In this document: piece by piece, positions 58,962 to 64,000 of the stretch
Position numbering within the stretch: position 1 is the first letter of the stretch
Layout: each line of letters starts with the position of its first letter
Origin: an uncultured Gemmataceae bacterium
GTDB lineage: Bacteria; Planctomycetota; Planctomycetia; Gemmatales; Gemmataceae
Length of the DNA: 64,000 nucleotides
Direction: 5' to 3'
Assembly (NCBI GenBank): GCA_963750165.1
Contig: CAVVPN010000011.1
Span: forward strand, 2,240,001-2,304,000
The notes under the pieces: generated by a model
The model's database searches: none
Told to the model about the DNA's origin: nothing
What the model saw: the letters and a program-made list of their open reading frames with translations, nothing else
Position numbers and translations under genes: made by a program

Positions 58962-61900
58962 GTTGTCTTGACCTCTCCGGCCGCCGTGGCCAGGCGCTGC
59001 CGCGCCCGCTTCAGGCGCCGCAGCGCCCGCCACGCGGCCTTGCGCAGCTCTTCCTCTTCCTTGTCGTTGCGGGCGACGGCCAGCAATTTTTGCTCGGCCG
59101 CCGCCTGCGGGATTTTCGCCAGCCCCTCGACCGCCCCGAGTCGCGTCGCCTCGGGCAGCTTCGGGTTCTCCGCCACCGCGGCCAACCCATCCACGTCCGC
59201 TTGCGCGACCAGGTGCGGCAGGGCGACGCCCTGGTAGTGGACCTGGCGGACGGCGGCGCGGAGCGTGTCGGTCTCGGCGGCGCCGTCGCGGAGCAGCAGG
59301 CGGTTGAAGCTGACGCGATCCGACAGAAGTTTTTCCGCGATTTTTTTGGCCCGCTCCGGGCTGTTGCGGCCGAGCGCGTCCGCGGCGACGGTGCGGATTT
59401 CCGGGTCGTTGCCCAGCGCCGCCTGCTCCAGCACGTCGAGCGTCGCGGCGTCCTTCGAGTCCGCCAGGGCCGTGACCGCTTCCAGCCGGATCGGGCGGTA
59501 CAGCGGGTCATCGGCCCCGGCGGCGGCCAGCGCGACGAGCCGGTCCTGCGCAACGCCGAGGCGGCCGGCGGCCCAGATCAGGCTCGTCAGGCACGGCGTC
59601 AACTGGTCGAGTTGCTGGCGGTCGCGCGGCAGGTTGTCCTTCGCGACCAGCCGCCGCCGTTCTTGCCACGCCGCGGCCCAGCGGTCCAGCGCCGCGGCCA
59701 CATCCTTGGCGGCGTCCTTCGCGGCGGAGCCGGCGCGGCCGAGCAGGTGGGCCGCCACCTGGACCGTTTTGGCGTTCTGGCTCGTCAGCGCCGCGCGGGC
59801 CTCCGCCAGCGGTGGCGGCGTGCGGTTGATGAGGGCGTTGGCGATGGCCGTGTGGACGAACTCGATGCCACTGGCCAGCAAGCGGAATAACTCGGCCGGC
59901 TCCCCGCGCTCGCAGGCGCGCTTCAGCACCTCATCGTAATCGTTCCCCTCGTTCGGGTTTCGTAGCAGGGCATAATCCGGCTCCAGCGCGTCTGGTCCCC
60001 ACAGCCGTCGAGCGCTGGTGAGCGCTGCCTCGACGGACATAGTGTCATCACTCTCCGACAACATCTTCAGCAGCAAGTCGCGGGTACTTGGTTCGTTGTT
60101 GTAGCCGAGTTGCTCGATGGCAAAATATACGGCATAGGTGGCCCAATCCTGGGTCTGTTCGCGGATCAGTTGCCAGGCGTCACGAGTGTTAAGCCAGCGC
60201 AATCCCTTGACTGCCGACCCCGCGAGAACGCTGTCGCTTTTGACCAAACGCGCCAGCAGCTTGAAGATCGCGTCCGCCTTGTCCGACCGGCCCAGGTGGC
60301 CGATGGCCTCCGCCGCCACGTCCTGCAGCGCGTGGCCCTCCTCGTTCGCCAGCCGCAGCAGCGTATCGACCGAGCGCACGTCCGCCAGTTCGCCCAGCGC
60401 CCGCAGCGCCCGCGCCCGCATTGGATGATCGGTCAGGAAGTCGATGCTCGCCAGCAGCACGTTCATGCCGTCGTTGCGGCCCGCCTTCGCCAGGCCCTCC
60501 GCGGCCAAAAACTGCGTCACCGGGTCCTTATGCGCCAGCGCCTTGACCAGCGACTCGGCCGGCCCGCCGCGCTTCCGCAGCCGCCAGCCGACCGCCTCTA
60601 CGAACGAGTGCCGAAACCGCTCGTCCGGGTGCGCCACCACCACCGCCAGGGCGGAATCGACCTCCTGGCCCAGCGCCCACCGCGCCGCCGGGATCAGCCG
60701 CGTGAGCAGGTCGCCAGCGCCGACTGTGAAGCAGCGGTCGATCAGTTGCGCCAGGAGGGCGTCGCGGCGCGGGTGCTGCTTTTCCAGCCATTCGCGGTCG
60801 GGCTTCTCGTCTTCGTAATCCTCAATGGGCTGATCGTGGCCGCTAACCAGCTGCAGCGCCTCGAACGCCTGCTTGCGCCACTTCGGCTGCTTCTCGAACA
60901 GTCCGAACAGCCGCGGCGCCACCTCCGGCCGGCGGAACCTGCCGACGGCCTGGAACAGCTCCGCGACCTGGGCGGTGCCGGCGGGGTCGTTCTCCAGGCG
61001 GTCGAGCAGGGCGTCCGGCGTGCGCGGGTCGCCGAGCGTCACCAGCGCCTTGATGGCCTGATTCTGGGTCGCGGCGTCCGGGGCGGTGTTCAGCAAGCTC
61101 ACCAGGGCGGCATACGCGGCGCTGTCCTTCTTGCCGGCCAGCTCCAGCGCGGCGCGGTTGCGGACGGGGCGGTAGCGCGAGTCCAGCGCCTGCCGCAGCG
61201 CCGCCTGGGCCGCCGGGTCTTTCTCGTACTCCGCGGCCAGCCACAGCACCGCCTGCTTGCGCACCTCGTCGTTGGCGGCCTCCAACGCGCGGGCCGCCAC
61301 CGGCGTCTGGCCCTGCCGCGCCACCAGCAACTTCGCCGCCTCCAGCGCCAGGTTGTCGCCGCGCGTCAGCATCACCTGTTCGATGACCTTGTCGCCCTGG
61401 CCGCCCTTCGCCGACGCGCCGAGCAACTCCAGCCCCTTGATGCCGAGGTCGGTGTGGCCCGCCTCCAGCGCCTCGGCGCCGAGCGCCGTGCCGTCCATTT
61501 TGAGCGTTTGCAGCTGCTCGAACGCCTGGAAGCGCACCGGCTGGTTGGGGTCGCCGAGCGCCTGCACGAACACCGGCACCGCGGCGCGGGCGTAGTGGGC
61601 GTCGGCGCCGGCCAGCGCCAGGATGCGGGCGAGCGCGGTCTGGCGGACGCGGATGACGAGGGCGGCGCGCTCCTGCCGGCCGGCGGCGCTGCCCTGCTCG
61701 CGCACCAGGCCGACGTAGGCGCCGAACGCCAGCTCCTGCAGCTGCTCGGGAGTGTACTGCGACGCGGGCGGCCGCTGCGCCTGCTGCCGCAGCGTGGCGA
61801 TCTCGTGGGCGAAGCGCTGCGTGTGCGCGGCCCAGGCGGCGTTCCAGGCGTGCGGCTCCTTCTCCTTCAGCGTCTGCAGCAAGGCGGCGGTGCGCGCCTT

Positions 61901-64000
61901 CAGGTGCGGGCCGGCGTGCGCGACCAGCGTGGCCACCGTGTCCACGATGTCCGCGCCGATCTTCCACGGCTGCTCCTCGCCGCGGTCGTTGAACAGCTGC
62001 GTCACGAACTGCAGGAACGCCGCGGGGTCGGTGAAGCACTCCAGGGCGCGGGCGGCGGTCAGGCGGACGCGCGGCATGCGCGACGACAGCGACGCCAGGC
62101 AGCGCGTCGGCGTGCCCGCGTTCGCCTTCAGCTCCAGCATCATGAGGAGCAGCAGCGCCTGGTTGCAGAGGTGGGAGTCGGCGTCGTCGAGGAAGACGGT
62201 CAATTGGTCCTCACCGGCCGGCCCCAGCGTCAGGGCCGCGATCAGCCGTTCCTCCGGCCGGAAGACCGTCGCCGCCTGATCGACGAACACCCACGACGCC
62301 ACGTAGGGGTCGCCGGCGTAAGCGAGGCCGAGCGCCGCCAGGTATTTCACGTGATTGTCGTTGTGCTGCAGCGCCTGCCGCAGCGCCTCGGGGGCGTTGG
62401 CCGGCGATACCCAGATGAGCGCCCGCGCCGCCGCCTGGCGGACGTTGGCGTGCGTGCTGTCGAGCAACGGCAGCACGTCCGTCAACGCCGCGGGGTCGCC
62501 CAGCTCGGCCAGGCCGGCCAGCGCGTCCGCGACCAGCGCCGCCCATTCGCCCTGCCGCTCCTTCTCCTGCGGCTCCGGCCGTGTCGCCAGGCTCAGCAGC
62601 ACCGGCAGCGCCGCCCGGTCGCCGTGCTTCGCCAGCGCCTTCGCGGCGCTGAGGCGCACGTCATCGTGCGGACTCTGCAGCGCGTCGGTCAGGGCGGCGC
62701 GGGCGTCGTCGCTGACCAGCGACTGAATCGCGCGCTGCCGCACGACTTTTTCCTTATCGACCAGGGCGCGGACGAGGATCGCCTGCGCCGCCTTCGTGTG
62801 CTTCTTGACCAGGCCCTCCACCGCCGCCTTGCGGACATCGACGTACTGCGCGAGCAGGCCGACTTCCAGCGGCTCCAGCTCCTTCGTCTTCTTGACCGCG
62901 AACTGGAACGCCTCGTCGCGCAGCTTCGGGTCGGGGTCGTTGTAGAACTCCAGCAGCAGCGACCACGCCCACTGCTCGCCAACCTGGGCCATCACCTCGG
63001 TCAGCACCTCGCGGCGGACGTTGGCGTGGGCGCTCTGCAGCACGAAGCGCAGCGTGGCCACGCCGCCGCCGGCGATCTGTAAATTCAGCGCCGCCTTGAA
63101 CGCCTCGTTGCGGACGCTCTCGAAGCTGTCGTTGAGCGCCCGCACCAGCAGCTGCCAGGTCGGCGCCACGGCGTCCTTCGGTTTCGCCTTCTTCGCCTCG
63201 CTGACGAGCACCTGCAACCCGCGGCGGCGCACGTCTTCAAAAGCGGCGCTCAGGCCGGACTCGGCGACGGTTAGCGGCTGCTCGTCGTGCAGCGCCAGCA
63301 GGGCGGTGAACGCCGCGTCGCGCACCGCCGCCTCCTTGTCGTAGAGCAGCGAGCGCAGCCGCTTGACGGCGCGCTCGTCGTCCAGCGCCGCCAGCGCCCG
63401 GCAGACTTCCACGCGCGCCGCGGTGTCGTCCTCGCGGCTCAGCTGCAGCAGCAGCCCGAACGCGCGCGGGTCGCCAAGGACCGCCAGGCCACGGCCGCCC
63501 ATCAGGCACACGTCCAGCGCCCGGCTGGCGGTCGCCTGCAGCAGCGGGTTGTAATCCGCCTCATCGAGATTGGGCTTCTCCGCCGCGGGTTTCTGCGGCT
63601 TGCCCGCGACGGCCTTCACCTGGGCCGCGACCTTCTGCAGCGCCGGCTCGGCCTTCTCCGTCTTCTTGCCCTTCTTCTCCTTGCCCTCCGGCTCCGCTTC
63701 CTGGCCGAACGTCTCCAACTCGACCAGTTGCCGGTGCAGTTCCGGGTCGCGTGCCCGCAGCGCCGGCGGCAGCCGGTCGCGCGTACACAGCGAGATCAGA
63801 AAGGCGGTGCGGCGCACGTCGGCGTCGGCGTCCTCGGCCCGGCGGCGCAGTGCCGCCTGCACCTTCGCGTCCTGCAGCAGTTTCCGCTGAAACAGGCGGA
63901 TCAGCGTGAATTTCCGCAGGTCCGCGTGCTTGCTGTTCAGCGCGATCAGGTTCGCTTCCGCCGCGCCGCCGTGGACGCGCTCCAGGCTCGCCAGCGCCGC
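58958..64000 (-). CDS. Giant HEAT/ARM-repeat protein (5' end off the window)
   Basis: >1630 aa of HEAT repeats; the frame stays open to the window edge. Confidence 0.9.
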   Translation of the reverse strand, partial: AALASLERVHGGAAEANLIALNSKHADLRKFTLIRLFQRKLLQDAKVQAALRRRAEDADADVRRTAFLISLCTRDRLPPALRARDPELHRQLVELETFGQEAEPEGKEKKGKKTEKAEPALQKVAAQVKAVAGKPQKPAAEKPNLDEADYNPLLQATASRALDVCLMGGRGLAVLGDPRAFGLLLQLSREDDTAARVEVCRALAALDDERAVKRLRSLLYDKEAAVRDAAFTALLALHDEQPLTVAESGLSAAFEDVRRRGLQVLVSEAKKAKPKDAVAPTWQLLVRALNDSFESVRNEAFKAALNLQIAGGGVATLRFVLQSAHANVRREVLTEVMAQVGEQWAWSLLLEFYNDPDPKLRDEAFQFAVKKTKELEPLEVGLLAQYVDVRKAAVEGLVKKHTKAAQAILVRALVDKEKVVRQRAIQSLVSDDARAALTDALQSPHDDVRLSAAKALAKHGDRAALPVLLSLATRPEPQEKERQGEWAALVADALAGLAELGDPAALTDVLPLLDSTHANVRQAAARALIWVSPANAPEALRQALQHNDNHVKYLAALGLAYAGDPYVASWVFVDQAATVFRPEERLIAALTLGPAGEDQLTVFLDDADSHLCNQALLLLMMLELKANAGTPTRCLASLSSRMPRVRLTAARALECFTDPAAFLQFVTQLFNDRGEEQPWKIGADIVDTVATLVAHAGPHLKARTAALLQTLKEKEPHAWNAAWAAHTQRFAHEIATLRQQAQRPPASQYTPEQLQELAFGAYVGLVREQGSAAGRQERAALVIRVRQTALARILALAGADAHYARAAVPVFVQALGDPNQPVRFQAFEQLQTLKMDGTALGAEALEAGHTDLGIKGLELLGASAKGGQGDKVIEQVMLTRGDNLALEAAKLLVARQGQTPVAARALEAANDEVRKQAVLWLAAEYEKDPAAQAALRQALDSRYRPVRNRAALELAGKKDSAAYAALVSLLNTAPDAATQNQAIKALVTLGDPRTPDALLDRLENDPAGTAQVAELFQAVGRFRRPEVAPRLFGLFEKQPKWRKQAFEALQLVSGHDQPIEDYEDEKPDREWLEKQHPRRDALLAQLIDRCFTVGAGDLLTRLIPAARWALGQEVDSALAVVVAHPDERFRHSFVEAVGWRLRKRGGPAESLVKALAHKDPVTQFLAAEGLAKAGRNDGMNVLLASIDFLTDHPMRARALRALGELADVRSVDTLLRLANEEGHALQDVAAEAIGHLGRSDKADAIFKLLARLVKSDSVLAGSAVKGLRWLNTRDAWQLIREQTQDWATYAVYFAIEQLGYNNEPSTRDLLLKMLSESDDTMSVEAALTSARRLWGPDALEPDYALLRNPNEGNDYDEVLKRACERGEPAELFRLLASGIEFVHTAIANALINRTPPPLAEARAALTSQNAKTVQVAAHLLGRAGSAAKDAAKDVAAALDRWAAAWQERRRLVAKDNLPRDRQQLDQLTPCLTSLIWAAGRLGVAQDRLVALAAAGADDPLYRPIRLEAVTALADSKDAATLDVLEQAALGNDPEIRTVAADALGRNSPERAKKIAEKLLSDRVSFNRLLLRDGAAETDTLRAAVRQVHYQGVALPHLVAQADVDGLAAVAENPKLPEATRLGAVEGLAKIPQAAAEQKLLAVARNDKEEEELRKAAWRALRRLKRARQRLATAAGEVKTT

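Noticed and set aside
60110..63082. 990-aa plus-strand ORF
   Set aside because: Antisense shadow of the HEAT-repeat gene.

Overview
High-GC bacterial window, most likely a planctomycete (Gemmataceae-like: DUF1549/1553, DUF1501, TIGR03067, DUF4058). It has four parts. (1) 1-6174: host genes (DUF5690-like MFS, VIT-vWA protein, M3 oligoendopeptidase) interspersed with REP/MITE-like palindromes. (2) A minus-strand array of nine tRNAs (Lys-CTT, Pro-TGG, Ser-CGA, Cys-GCA, Met-CAT, His-GTG, Trp-CCA, Thr-CGT, Arg-CCG). Upstream of it lie a 29-codon leader ORF rich in the codons and amino acids those tRNAs serve and a mutually exclusive antiterminator/terminator pair, which together look like a codon-sensing attenuator. 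(3) A ~24.15 kb serine-integrase prophage or satellite-like element (6383-30543) inserted inside tRNA-Trp, splitting the array. It encodes AlpA, a P4-type helicase with an iteron origin, a polyvalent protein, protease/scaffold, capsid, neck/tail genes, its own tRNA-Met and an XRE switch, but no recognisable large terminase, portal or lysis genes. (4) 31.5-64 kb: housekeeping genes (yjbQ, cstA, bfd, bfr, tsaC-PTP fusion, rpiB, P-II, thyA, folA, comF), then a HEAT-repeat / SWIM-WGR / Mx162-like retron RT operon with a structured ncRNA candidate downstream of the RT. Several genes carry small frameshifts that may be long-read errors. All family calls come from motif recognition, not database searches.
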